Notes: a model not told the origin generated them from the sequence alone. A stretch of DNA of 32,000 nt from Okeania sp. (GCF_035285525.1 NZ_JAYKGW010000017.1:21969-53968), one strand, 5' to 3'; shown: positions 17,412 to 26,706, counted from the stretch's first letter. A program made the numbers and translations.

Positions 17412-17848
17412 ATAGGGTTGGCTGATTAGGGTTGGTTAATTAGGGCTGGCGTATGGAAATATCAAAGCTTTCACAGATAAAGCTTTTAGGCTTTTTAGGT
17501 ATTGAAAAAGTGAGTATTTGAATAAGATAAAGACAGAGTTGGCAAAGCATAATTTTTACAAGTACATCCTCTAAAACTCCTGATTCCTCTTAACTTATCC
17601 TCCATCGGAGGGGTTAGGGGTGGGTTTACTCCCTACTCCCTACTCCCTATCAATTAATAATATATTTTGTTGTGGGGAATGTAGGTTTTAGGCTAACTAT
17701 GGCAGCCAAATTATGGGAATATTTTCTCATCTCACTATTTCCTATTAACTTCCCCTCCATCGGAGGGGTTAGGGGTGGGTTTACTCACTACTTACTCACT
17801 ACTCCCTACTCCCTGGCTTAACAAAAGACTTCCATAAGCAAACCCTAG
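17412..17848 (+). mobile_element. Composite family-D MITE-like element with triplicated head and duplicated internal module
   Basis: Three heads occur: TAGGGTTGGCTGAT, TAGGGTTGGTTAAT and TAGGGCTGGCGTAT. The tail is GACTTCCATAAGCAAACCCTAG. The internal module CCTCCATCGGAGGGGTTAGGGGTGGGTTTACT occurs twice (about 17611 and 17755), each followed by CTCCCTA heptamers. Confidence 0.6.
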
Positions 17849-17871
17849 ATAAAAACAGTATTAGTAAAGTA

Positions 17872-18701
17872 GCTCTTAGAAGAGGAAGAATTAAACTTTC
17901 AGGGACGCCAGCCAATTGAGTTCCCAACTCAAGTTGCTTCTGCTATTGTAGAAGTGAGGATAGTTCCTAAATATGATTTTTATCTAATTGAGGTGATTTA
18001 TGAAAAATCTGAACAGTTATTAACTCCAACTGAAAAGATCTAGGTGTAGATAATTTGATGGCTGTAACTTCAAATCAACCGGATTTTATTCCTTTGTTGA
18101 TTAATGGCAGACCCTTAAAAAGCATAAATAAATTTTACAACAAACGTCTAGCTCAGTTAAAATCTTTGCTATATGCGAACTTAAAAAGTTCAAGGCGAAT
18201 TAGTACATTAACCCGATGTCGCTTACATAAAATACATAATTATCTTCATCGCGCGAGCTGTCATAAGAGTGAATCTGTTAGTAGAACTTGAAATAATGAT
18301 TTTAGTGATTGGCAAAAATCAGGGATGGAAACAAGGGGTAAACTTAGGGAAAGTTAATAATCACTCATTTGTGACCATTCCCCACTCCAGATTGATTGAC
18401 ATGATAACTTATAAATGTCAGTTAGTTGGAATCAAGATTCTTCAAGAAGAATCCTATACCTCTGCTGCTAATTTTTTGAATGAAGCTCCGATCCCAGTCT
18501 ATGGAAAAACAAGTGAAAAAACCCCAATTTTCAGGAAAAAGAATTAAGTGAGGTTTATATCGAACTGATGAAGGAATTATTTGTCAATCTGATGTGAATG
18601 GTTCTGACAACATTTTGCGAAAAGCATTCCCAAATGCGTTTAACCGCTATGGAATAGAGAGGTTCGTAGTTCACCCCAGGAGAATTAATCTCTCAAAGTA
18701 A
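17872..18701 (+). pseudogene. tnpB: Decayed, 5'-truncated IS200/IS605-family tnpB (OrfB, IS1341-like)
   Basis: Conceptual translation across at least 3 frames gives RIKLSGTPAN*, EFPTQVASAIVEVRIVPKYDFYLIEVIYEKSEQ, LGVDNLMAVTSNQPDFIPLLINGRPLKSINKFYNKRLAQL, IVIGKNQGWKQGVNLGKVNNHSFVTIPHSRLIDMITYKCQLVGIKILQEESYTSAANFL, and GLYRTDEGIICQSDVNGSDNILRKAFPNAF. These are typical TnpB blocks interrupted by stops and frameshifts. The N-terminal ~100 aa are missing at the MITE boundary. Confidence 0.85.
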
Positions 18702-18853
18702 AACTGAAGGGAATTTCTAAAATTAAATCAAGTCTATCTATAATTTGACTATACTTTTACTAAAAAGTAAACTATCTCTAATTAGAAAGAAGGTTATTAA
18801 TAACGTATGATAAATCATAATTCCTTGTACCTACATTTTTATTGGTCATAACT

Positions 18854-19657
18854 ATGTTACAACAGAGTTTAATCACACTCAAAACAAACGGAAAATACTA
18901 TCAACAGAATTACGCATATCTACCAGAACTGGATCTTGGAGTCCTTAATGAGGAACTTGGTCAAGTGGATGCTCATACTTTAGTGAAGTGGGGATATGAA
19001 ACTTTTGGGAAAGGCTTAGTTATGAGTACCAGTTTTGGTATCCAGGCTGCTGTAATGTTACATCTAGTTACAAGTGTTGTACCTAATATTCCTATTATCT
19101 GGATTGATACAGGATATTTACCAGCCGAAACTTATAAATTTGCAGAAGAGTTGACGGAAAGACTTAAACTTAATCTTCAAGTATATCAGTCCCCTATTAG
19201 TCCAGCTCGAATGGAAGCTTTGTATGGGAAACTTTGGGAGGAAAAAGATGTTGATGCTCTTAACAGATATGACCAAATACGCAAGGTAGAACCTATGCAG
19301 CGGGCATTGAGAGAGCTTGGGGCAACTGGTTGGTTAGCTGGGTTGAGAGGAGACCAAACCAAGTATCGTCAAGGTTTGGCTCGTATTAGTAAACAGTCGG
19401 ATGTATATAAAATTTTACCTATACTTAGTTGGAATCCGCGGGATATTTATCAATATTTGACTGCTTACGATTTACCTTATCATCCATTTTTTGATTTGGG
19501 ATATACTACTGTGGGAGATTGGCATTCTAGTCGGCCTCTGACTGCTAATGATACAGATGAACGTGATACCCGTTTTCATGGTCTTAAGCAAGAGTGTGGA
19601 CTACATTTACCTCAAACAGATGAAGAAGCTCAAAGTCTTGATTCTAGTTCATTGTAA
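18854..19657 (+). CDS. cysH: Phosphoadenosine phosphosulfate (PAPS) reductase
   Basis: PAPS_reduct fold motifs are present ([26 protein letters not shown]), as is the C-terminal catalytic ECGLH. The protein has a single Cys and no CC..CxxC Fe-S ligands, so it is the PAPS type rather than the Fe-S APS type. The ATG at 18854 is preferred to the TTG at 18842. Confidence 0.9.
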   Translation: MLQQSLITLKTNGKYYQQNYAYLPELDLGVLNEELGQVDAHTLVKWGYETFGKGLVMSTSFGIQAAVMLHLVTSVVPNIPIIWIDTGYLPAETYKFAEELTERLKLNLQVYQSPISPARMEALYGKLWEEKDVDALNRYDQIRKVEPMQRALRELGATGWLAGLRGDQTKYRQGLARISKQSDVYKILPILSWNPRDIYQYLTAYDLPYHPFFDLGYTTVGDWHSSRPLTANDTDERDTRFHGLKQECGLHLPQTDEEAQSLDSSSL

Positions 19658-19923
19658 TAAATATGCTTTGCTGAATAAATTTTTTGCTTGACAGGGAGTA
19701 GGGAGTAGTGAAGAGTCAAGATGAACCAGATTGCCATAACTAAAATATTGTAGGGACGTTGCCTAAGGGCGTCCCTGCTGCATTGTTTCATCTTACAGCG
19801 GATTCCATATTTCCACCATTTATAGCTCTGTGCCCAGGGAAAAGGGAACACAGAAGGTGGGAACAGAAGGAATAAGTTGCTTATAACATAAGACTTTTAG
19901 CTATTGGACAGTTCCTGTGATGT

Positions 19924-19951
19924 GTAAATATTAAGTGCGCACATTGCTATA
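19924..19951. repeat. 28-bp block identical to 8298-8325
   Basis: GTAAATATTAAGTGCGCACATTGCTATA. See the 8298 copy. Confidence 0.85.
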
Positions 19952-20132
19952 CCAAAAAAAAGAGGTATAAAGCCTCCTCTTTTAACCTATGCTTTACCCA
20001 CATCTTTCTTAAGATTTCTCAAAGAGCAGGGATTAAGAATTAGGAAGGTCCGAAATTAAGTCATCACTAAAATAGCATATATCCTGGAAAAAGTCAAGTC
20101 ATCTGTTGTTTTGAAATCTTGAAACCATTAAC

Positions 20133-20380
20133 TAGGGTTTGCTGAAAAAGTCTTTATAATAGGGGGAAGGAGCCAGAATCGAGAATCGGTGAATCCAGAA
20201 GGAATGGTCATTACAGAAGAGGTAGGAGGAAGAATTATCTCTTGATTTTCTGTCATAATTAGCCAAAAATACTAAACTTTTTAGCTTTCAAGACCTAAAA
20301 GCTCGTACTTTTTCCCGACCTAAACTTGCTGAAACCTTTGTTAAATAGCGCTTTCATTCTTTTTTTAGCATATCCTAACT
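20133..20380 (+). mobile_element. MITE-like element, family D, second near-full copy
   Basis: It is collinear with 14390-14647 (TAGGGTTTGCTGAAAAAGT ... GAATCGGTGAATCCAG ... ATTACAGAAGAGGTAGGAGGAA ... TTAGCCAAAAATACTA.ACTTTTTAGCTTTCAAGACCTAAAAGCT ...). The distal terminal repeat is degenerate. Confidence 0.75.
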
Positions 20381-20498
20381 AATAAGGCTTTCAAGATTGT
20401 AAATAATTATGTGGGTAATGGATAGCCTTTTAAGGGGATGAAAAAATATTTAACTCAGTATTTCAAGCCTCCGACTTTAGTCGGAGATTCACTCTCTA

Positions 20499-20555
20499 CT
20501 GATAACTGATAACTGAAATGACCGTGTACATCATTTATCAGTTATCAGTTATCAG
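20499..20555. repeat. Head-to-head heptamer arrays forming a long hairpin immediately 3' of hemY
   Basis: CTGATAACTGATAACTGAAATGA (20499-20521) faces TCATTTATCAGTTATCAGTTATCAG (20531-20555) across the loop CCGTGTACA. It may act as a terminator for the convergent cysH and hemY transcription. Confidence 0.7.
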
Positions 20556-21998
20556 TTATATATTTTCCAAACTTTGATAAATTTTAGTGGCTATTTCCGT
20601 ACCATGACGAACACAATCTCCTAAAGCTATACCACCAATATAATTGCTACACAAATAAATACCAGGCCAAGATTTTAAACCATGATTAATTTGAGCCAAC
20701 CGAGAATTATGACCTAAATTATACTGAGGAATAGCACGAGACCATATATTTACTGCCAGAACTTTTGGTTGTTCAGCATCCTGCTGCAATAAAGTTTGGC
20801 TAATATCTTGATGAACCTGTGCCACGATCGCTTCACCATCTAACTGAGAAATTTCTGGATCTGTTGCACCCCCAATAAAATTAGTAAACACTTGCCATCC
20901 TGGAGGTGTTCTACCAGAAAATAAAGCAGAAGACCAAATAGTACCAAGAGTCCGAATACCTTGACCTCTAGGAATAAGATTACCAAAACCATCTATTTTT
21001 GCCTTGACAGAAGAGATAGGATATGCTAGGACTACACAAGCAACGGTAGGATAGTAAAATTTATTAAATGTAGAAGCAACTTCGGACAATAAAGGTTTCA
21101 ATAATTCTGCACAAGCATAAGCAGGAGTAGACAGGGCAATAGTACGAGTTTCTACTCGCTCCGAACCATTAGGGGTAGAAAACTCTGCTATATAAGTTTG
21201 TTTTTCTGTCCGACGAATACTGGTAAGATGCCAATTTAGTTTAACTGCTTCTCCTAAATAAGTAGCGATCGCCTTTGGTAATGCTTCTAAACCACCTCGA
21301 AAAGAACCCAACTCCCCAGGTTTAGTCTTAGGAATATTAGGATCGGCAGCTACCTTTGACTGAGATTTTCTTTGAGCAGACAAAATACCACCAGCTAAAA
21401 GTCCACCACCAATATCAGCTATTTGAGCCACCTTAGAAAAAGCAGCAGCAGCACTAAGTTGACTAGGGTCTCCAGCATAAACACCAGAGACAAAAGGTTC
21501 TACCAACCGCTCCATTACCTCAAAACCAAGATGCCTTCGGAAAAATTGGGATACAGTTTCTTCGTTTCCTTGCTGAGACAGATGAGTACCCATAGCAGGT
21601 GACACAAAACCTAAAGCACCAACTAAGGCCCGTAATTTTCCAGCATCGCTCAGTAGTTTAGACTGTAACATAGCCTGTGGACTCATTGGCACTGGTAATA
21701 ATTGTCCATTCCAATAAACATAGCGTGGTAGTTTACGGTCTGCAAAAATTAAATCTTGTTTGAGGCCAACGTCTACAGCTAACTTTAAGAGTTCAGGTGT
21801 AGGAGAAAAACTATTTGGACCTTCTTCCCAAAGAAATTCTCCTTGAGAAACTGTTGTGATATTACCGCCTACTCGATTTTGGCTTTCAGCAACTAAAATT
21901 TTTAAAGGTGAATTGTTACTTAATTTTGTGAGTTTATGGGCTAAACTCAACCCACTAATACCTGCACCCACGACTAAGACATCTAATACTTCTGTCAT
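20556..21998 (-). CDS. hemY: Protoporphyrinogen IX oxidase, HemY (plant PPOX1-like, FAD-dependent)
   Basis: 480-aa ORF. It has the N-terminal dinucleotide fold VLVVGAGISGLSLAHKL. The block VGGNITTVSQGEFLWEEGPNSFSPTPELLKLAVDVGLKQDLIFADRKLPRYVYWNGQLLPVP closely resembles plant and cyanobacterial PPOX. Confidence 0.85.
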   Translation of the reverse strand: MTEVLDVLVVGAGISGLSLAHKLTKLSNNSPLKILVAESQNRVGGNITTVSQGEFLWEEGPNSFSPTPELLKLAVDVGLKQDLIFADRKLPRYVYWNGQLLPVPMSPQAMLQSKLLSDAGKLRALVGALGFVSPAMGTHLSQQGNEETVSQFFRRHLGFEVMERLVEPFVSGVYAGDPSQLSAAAAFSKVAQIADIGGGLLAGGILSAQRKSQSKVAADPNIPKTKPGELGSFRGGLEALPKAIATYLGEAVKLNWHLTSIRRTEKQTYIAEFSTPNGSERVETRTIALSTPAYACAELLKPLLSEVASTFNKFYYPTVACVVLAYPISSVKAKIDGFGNLIPRGQGIRTLGTIWSSALFSGRTPPGWQVFTNFIGGATDPEISQLDGEAIVAQVHQDISQTLLQQDAEQPKVLAVNIWSRAIPQYNLGHNSRLAQINHGLKSWPGIYLCSNYIGGIALGDCVRHGTEIATKIYQSLENI

Positions 21999-22116
21999 TT
22001 TTTCTTAAGTTAAAATATTCAGTTTAAATATGAGTTAAAATTGTAAACTTTTACTAATATTTGAGATTTTTTAGATGAAAACTGTGATATAATCCCGCGT
22101 GATATTTGTTATTAAA

Positions 22117-22249
22117 CAGGACTTACGCATTGGGAACGAGTTTTGGTCATTTGAGATTGCTTTCCTGAGGTCATAGGACTCATTCATGTCGCGGAGCGAA
22201 ACGCTGTCGCTGGAAATGACAGAAATGGGTTGCGCGTGCCTAAGTCCTG
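22117..22249 (+). mobile_element. MITE-like element, family E (133 bp)
   Basis: CAGGACTTACGCA ... GCGCGTGCCTAAGTCCTG inverted termini, lying in the DUF2811-hemY spacer. Confidence 0.65.
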
Positions 22250-22403
22250 ATTAAAGTTAGCGTCAGATTCTCGTTTCGTCAAATAATCTTATGACTTGAT
22301 TTTATCACTATCTTAGCCACAATAAAACTTCTGACACTAGGTCATAGCAAGAATTAAACTTCTGACAACTGATAACTGAATAGGATACTAAGCAATATTT
22401 ATA

Positions 22404-22437
22404 ACAGTGGACTTCTTTTGCCCACTGTATTTTTTTT
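22404..22437 (+). terminator. Intrinsic-terminator hairpin with T8 on the plus strand and A8 on the minus strand (possibly bidirectional)
   Basis: The stem is ACAGTGG / CCACTGT, with an 11-nt loop, then A plus T8. On the minus strand the hairpin is followed only by TTATAAATATT. Confidence 0.5.
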
Positions 22438-22615
22438 ACAACATTAGGACATTTAGACTCTTAAATTTAGTCATAGCAAGAATCAAACTTCTGACAACTG
22501 ATATAGCATTTGAAGTAAAGGACGCGGACATTTCTAAATCCTGAAACCCTGTTATAGTTTCCTGTTTCCTCCATACCTGTTCCCGATTCAAGTAGTGCCA
22601 TAACTGATCACTGAA

Positions 22616-22840
22616 CTAAGCATGATGCTGGAAAAGGGTTTCTAGATAAACTCTAGCAGCTTGACGATAATAAGGGGATGTCTCTGGTGTACCGCTATCT
22701 CCATTTTGTAATAAAAATAGTGACAAAGCTGCCGAAAATACACGGTCTTGATCCCAGTCGGGATGGGTTTCTAAGTATATTTTAAGGGATTCGTGCAATG
22801 CTTCAGGAATTTCGGCCAGAATACTAACAGTTACATTCAT
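22616..22840 (-). CDS. Small conserved cyanobacterial protein (DUF2811-like, recalled from memory)
   Basis: 74-aa ORF. ILAEIPEALHESLKIYLETHPDWDQDRVFSAALSLFLLQN resembles a widely conserved cyanobacterial hypothetical family. It shows no repeat content. Confidence 0.65.
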   Translation of the reverse strand: MNVTVSILAEIPEALHESLKIYLETHPDWDQDRVFSAALSLFLLQNGDSGTPETSPYYRQAARVYLETLFQHHA

Positions 22841-23311
22841 CTTTTAAATTAGTTTCTTTAATAAATAATATTTTTTCTTTTTTATAGTCCCTAGTTATGG
22901 CCATTAACCGATAACTTGGAACTACCAATGTCGCACCATTGTGCATTAAGAAGGGGTGGGTTTGTCAATGTTGAGAAATATTACAACCTATTTTCAATTA
23001 ATCAAAGATTTACGAAATCATCAGTGTTTCAGAGCCGGTTTTGTTACATAACTTGATAATCATGGCCTAACTTAAGAAATCTACCTATAACTGAACAAAA
23101 TCCCCAATTCATAAGTTCTTAAGCAACATTAATTGTATAAGTCCATAAGCAAAATTAATTGCAAATTACTATTAGACATCTCCAATCTTATCCATAAATT
23201 ATCAATTCTTTCTTCTTGTTCCCTGTTCTCAGTTAAGTGTTCCCTCTCTCAACTAAGAAATTCCTAAAAGCACGACTACTTATATAAGAAGATTATAATG
23301 TCGTTGAACTC

Positions 23312-23385
23312 TGTGGAAAACCCTGTTTAATTTGTGGAAAATATTAAACTTGTTTGTGGAAATGCTGTGGAATTAATGTGGAAAA
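23312..23385 (+). promoter_or_regulatory. Array of five same-orientation DnaA boxes (cyanobacterial consensus TTTTCCACA, read here as TGTGGAAAA)
   Basis: The boxes are TGTGGAAAA at 23312-23320, 23333-23341 and 23377-23385, TGTGGAAAT at 23355-23363, and TGTGGAATT at 23366-23374. Start-to-start spacings are 21, 22, 11 and 11 bp. Confidence 0.7.
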
Positions 23386-24143
23386 TTACATTAAAAGATA
23401 AGAATTTTGAACTACTTAAAGTTTGTTGATGGAAGTCTTTTTTAAGGAGCAGGGGAGCAGGGGAGTGGGGGAGTGGGGACGTTAGATACAAAATTTTATA
23501 CAGAGTAAAGAATAATGGGAGTTATAAAAAGAATAGGGTCTAAAACCCCGCTTTTTCAGGTGAAATGTTTTTGGAGCGTTGCTCTCATCCCCGTTACAAA
23601 AACAACTTCTGACTTCGTTAAAGAGAAGGTGGTCGTTCATAATGGTAGAATTGATTTTTATGCCATAGTTACCCCAAAATACTAACTTGAACAACCTGAG
23701 TTAACTAAAAATTGGCACTTTTTCTGAAGCGAAAAACCCTAAAACCTTAATTACTATTAAAAATTAAAAATTAAAAATATGTATACAAGCTCAAAAGTAG
23801 GTTTAAAGCTATAGCAATCCTTATTTAGTTTGGGATCAAACAACTATCAATTTGAAGTATAGATTATGGAATCAAACTATTATTTGTTTTATAAAGTAAA
23901 ACATTATAGTTTTTCGAGGTTAGTCGAGGTTAGTAGTTGGAATTTTTTTAGTTAGGAACATCAGTTAAGGTATACCATAGAATAATGAGTAAATAGAACA
24001 ATTTATCCCTAGTTGTTTATTAATATTTTTTTCTTAAGTTCGACAAACATAATTATTTATCAAATTCTTTTTCTTTTAATAATAAATAAAAAGCTGTTCT
24101 TCTAGAACATTACTATAAACTAAAATTGTCGGTAAAAAATTCG

Positions 24144-26255
24144 ATGACTATACAAGTTCAATCCTCTTTTCGCAAGTTTCTACTATCACGGATATTGGTA
24201 CTTACTTTACCAGTATTAATATTGGGTCAATATCTAATTTATAGGCAAGCACGTTCTACTCTTTTAGATACTGCTCGTCAAAACTTGAAAGAAAGCGCAG
24301 ACAGAAAAGCTGAAGATATTCAACAATGGGCAAAAGCCTTGGAATCGAATTTAATTAGTGCCAGTCAAAGCTATATATTTGAATCTAGCAAAACTGAAGA
24401 TTATCAAAATTATGTTGAACAGTTACACAAAATGTTACCCAGACAGGTAAGTTGTGTTCAACTGAGTAATTTACAAACTAAACAAATTGTCGCAAATAGT
24501 TGTAATTCTAAATTAATACATTCTTTACCAGAAAATATATGGCCTCAACAGCAGAAACAAGTTGTTGGAGAAAATAACAATATTTATATAAGCTGCATAA
24601 AGCCAGAACAGTTAAACTCAAAAGGTGAGTTAAATGATGGGGAAGTTAATGAAAAAACACAAGTTAGTTTAGGTTTTACTGTTCCAATATACGTTACTGA
24701 AAATGGCGAAAGAAAATTGCAATATGCTTTGAGTATTAAGTCAGCTTTACCAATGCAAACTGATAAAAGAAGAGGTTCACTAACAGGTTCAACTGTCATT
24801 ATTGATAATAAAGGTACAATATTGGCTACTCCATATCCTAGTACATTAGGTCATAATATTTCTGAACAACCAGATGGAAAGAGGTTAGAAAGTATTATCA
24901 AAAATGCACAGGAAGGTCAAAAAGATTTTGCCCACATATTTTCTTTTAAGGAAACAGATATTGTGAGTAGAAATAGGGAGAATGATGGAAGTAAAAATTC
25001 TTTGAGAGAAATTATTGATAACCTAGAAAAGATATTACCTGAGTTGTTAGGACTTAAATTATCAGCAGATAATGAATTTTTAGCGGGGTATGTTGCTATT
25101 CCTAGTCCTGTAGAAAGAGATAATAATAGTCAGTGGATTGTATTAGCAATTACACCTATAGATTTTGCCATATCTGGTCTTAAAGAAGTTCAAAAGGTTC
25201 TAATTGTTCTAGTTTTTGTTTTAGTTGTTGCTAGTATTGTAGCAAGTATTTATTTGGCTCGTGATTTAGCTCGTCCTTTGGAGAAGTTGCGAGACTATGC
25301 GGTTACTGTTAATAATTTAGAATCTCCTAATAAAGTACCTCGAAATTTAAAAATTAATGAGTTTAATCAACTAGCAATTTCATTAGAAAAAATGGTGGGG
25401 AGGCTCAAAAATTGGGCTAATCAACTAGAAGTAACTTCTAAAGAGGCTCAGGTTGCTAATCAGTTAAAAAGTGAGTTTTTAGCAAATATTTCCCATGAGT
25501 TAAGAACTCCACTTAATGGAATTATTGGTTCACTTCAATTAGTTCGTGATGATTTTTGTGATAGTAGAGAAGAAGAAATAGAATATGTAGAACAAGCTAA
25601 TAATTCAGCTATTCATTTACTAGGAATTATTAATGATATTTTAGATATTCGTAAACTTGATTCTGGAACTTTATCTCTTACTGTTCAGGATGTTAATATT
25701 ATCAATTTATTAAAAGAAACTGTGGATTCATTTAGAGATAATTTTCAAGAAAAATCTCTACTGTTCAACCTAAATATTCTTCCACAAATAATAATTGTTA
25801 ACGCCGATGAAGAAAAGTTAAAACAGGTCTTTGAAAATATTATTAGTAATGCAATTAAGTTTACAGAAAAAGGGGGTATTAATATTTCTATTAGTCTCCA
25901 ATATAATGAATTAAGTATTTCTGATAATTTTTTAATGAGCGATCATGGTCAGAGAATTAATGAAGTTTTAGTTAAAATTCAAGATACAGGTATTGGTATT
26001 GATTTAGAACAACAGGATAAATTATTTCAACCTTTTGTTATGGTAGATGGTACAACAACCCGTAAATTTGGTGGTAATGGATTAGGATTAGCGATTTCTC
26101 GCAGGTTGATGGAAATAATGAAAGGTGATATTCGACTTTATAGTGAAGGCATAAATCAAGGAACTACAGTTAATATTACTATGCCAATTAAGGAAATATT
26201 ATCATCTGAATCATCTGAGGAAAAATTGTATGTTTCCACAAAAGTTAAATTGTAA
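24144..26255 (+). CDS. Membrane sensor histidine kinase (periplasmic Cache-like sensor, HAMP, HisKA, HATPase_c); orphan
   Basis: It has two TM segments (about aa 18-40 and 352-372 of the track ORF), a HAMP-like linker, the H-box FLANISHELRTPLNGI, the N box ISNAIKFT, and G boxes DTGIGI / GGNGLGLAISR. The ATG at 24144 is preferred to the TTG at 24126. No response regulator is adjacent. Confidence 0.9.
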   Translation: MTIQVQSSFRKFLLSRILVLTLPVLILGQYLIYRQARSTLLDTARQNLKESADRKAEDIQQWAKALESNLISASQSYIFESSKTEDYQNYVEQLHKMLPRQVSCVQLSNLQTKQIVANSCNSKLIHSLPENIWPQQQKQVVGENNNIYISCIKPEQLNSKGELNDGEVNEKTQVSLGFTVPIYVTENGERKLQYALSIKSALPMQTDKRRGSLTGSTVIIDNKGTILATPYPSTLGHNISEQPDGKRLESIIKNAQEGQKDFAHIFSFKETDIVSRNRENDGSKNSLREIIDNLEKILPELLGLKLSADNEFLAGYVAIPSPVERDNNSQWIVLAITPIDFAISGLKEVQKVLIVLVFVLVVASIVASIYLARDLARPLEKLRDYAVTVNNLESPNKVPRNLKINEFNQLAISLEKMVGRLKNWANQLEVTSKEAQVANQLKSEFLANISHELRTPLNGIIGSLQLVRDDFCDSREEEIEYVEQANNSAIHLLGIINDILDIRKLDSGTLSLTVQDVNIINLLKETVDSFRDNFQEKSLLFNLNILPQIIIVNADEEKLKQVFENIISNAIKFTEKGGINISISLQYNELSISDNFLMSDHGQRINEVLVKIQDTGIGIDLEQQDKLFQPFVMVDGTTTRKFGGNGLGLAISRRLMEIMKGDIRLYSEGINQGTTVNITMPIKEILSSESSEEKLYVSTKVKL

Positions 26256-26545
26256 GTAGGGGCAGTAGGGATGTTGCATAACAAAAATGCGTTTTCGTAT
26301 AGGGAATGCTCCGCTTTCTATGTCGCGCAGCGATACGTCCCTACAGAGTCAAGACCCCGAACCAAGAAACCCGGTTTCTAGGAAAAACCGGGTTTCTTGG
26401 TGTAAGTCCTGTAGTAAAATTTTATTCTCCAAAGTAAGCAAATTAGGACTTACGCAAAATATGAAATTACACAACATCTGTAGGGGTGAGTCGCGATTCC
26501 CTCCTACTTAATGTTTTGGCTTTATGTAATTTCTGTAGATTTGAT

Positions 26546-26706
26546 CAGGATTTACACGGGAGGCACTATATATATATGGAGTATTGCTCAGTTACAAGAT
26601 ACGCTTTACATATCGCGTAGCGTTTCGGCGCTTGAGCCGACATATAAAGCGGAGCTTTGCGGAACGCAAAACACACCCTACCAATAGCGTTCATGCCTAA
26701 GTCCTG
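26546..26706 (+). mobile_element. MITE-like element, family E (161 bp), overlapping the 3' end of the oxidoreductase gene
   Basis: CAGGATTTACACGGGAGGCACTATATATA ... CGTTCATGCCTAAGTCCTG. The rest of the 26256-26545 spacer also consists of family-E ends (GTGTAAGTCCTG at 26402, AGGACTTACGCA at 26444), an AGAAACCCGGTTTCT hairpin pair (26365-26400), and the GTAGGGA..TCCCTAC inverted repeat (26266-26343). Confidence 0.65.

Noticed and set aside
23312-23385. Calling the DnaA-box array definitively oriC
   Set aside because: There is no dnaA or dnaN in the window, no clear strand-bias switch among the flanking genes, and the best AT-repeat tract is about 370 bp away. It is kept as a candidate only.
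23482-23694. 70-aa minus-strand ORF next to the DnaA-box array
   Set aside because: It has no motif, no ribosome-binding site and an odd composition. If real it would lie between the box array and the AT-rich tract, but I have no support for it.
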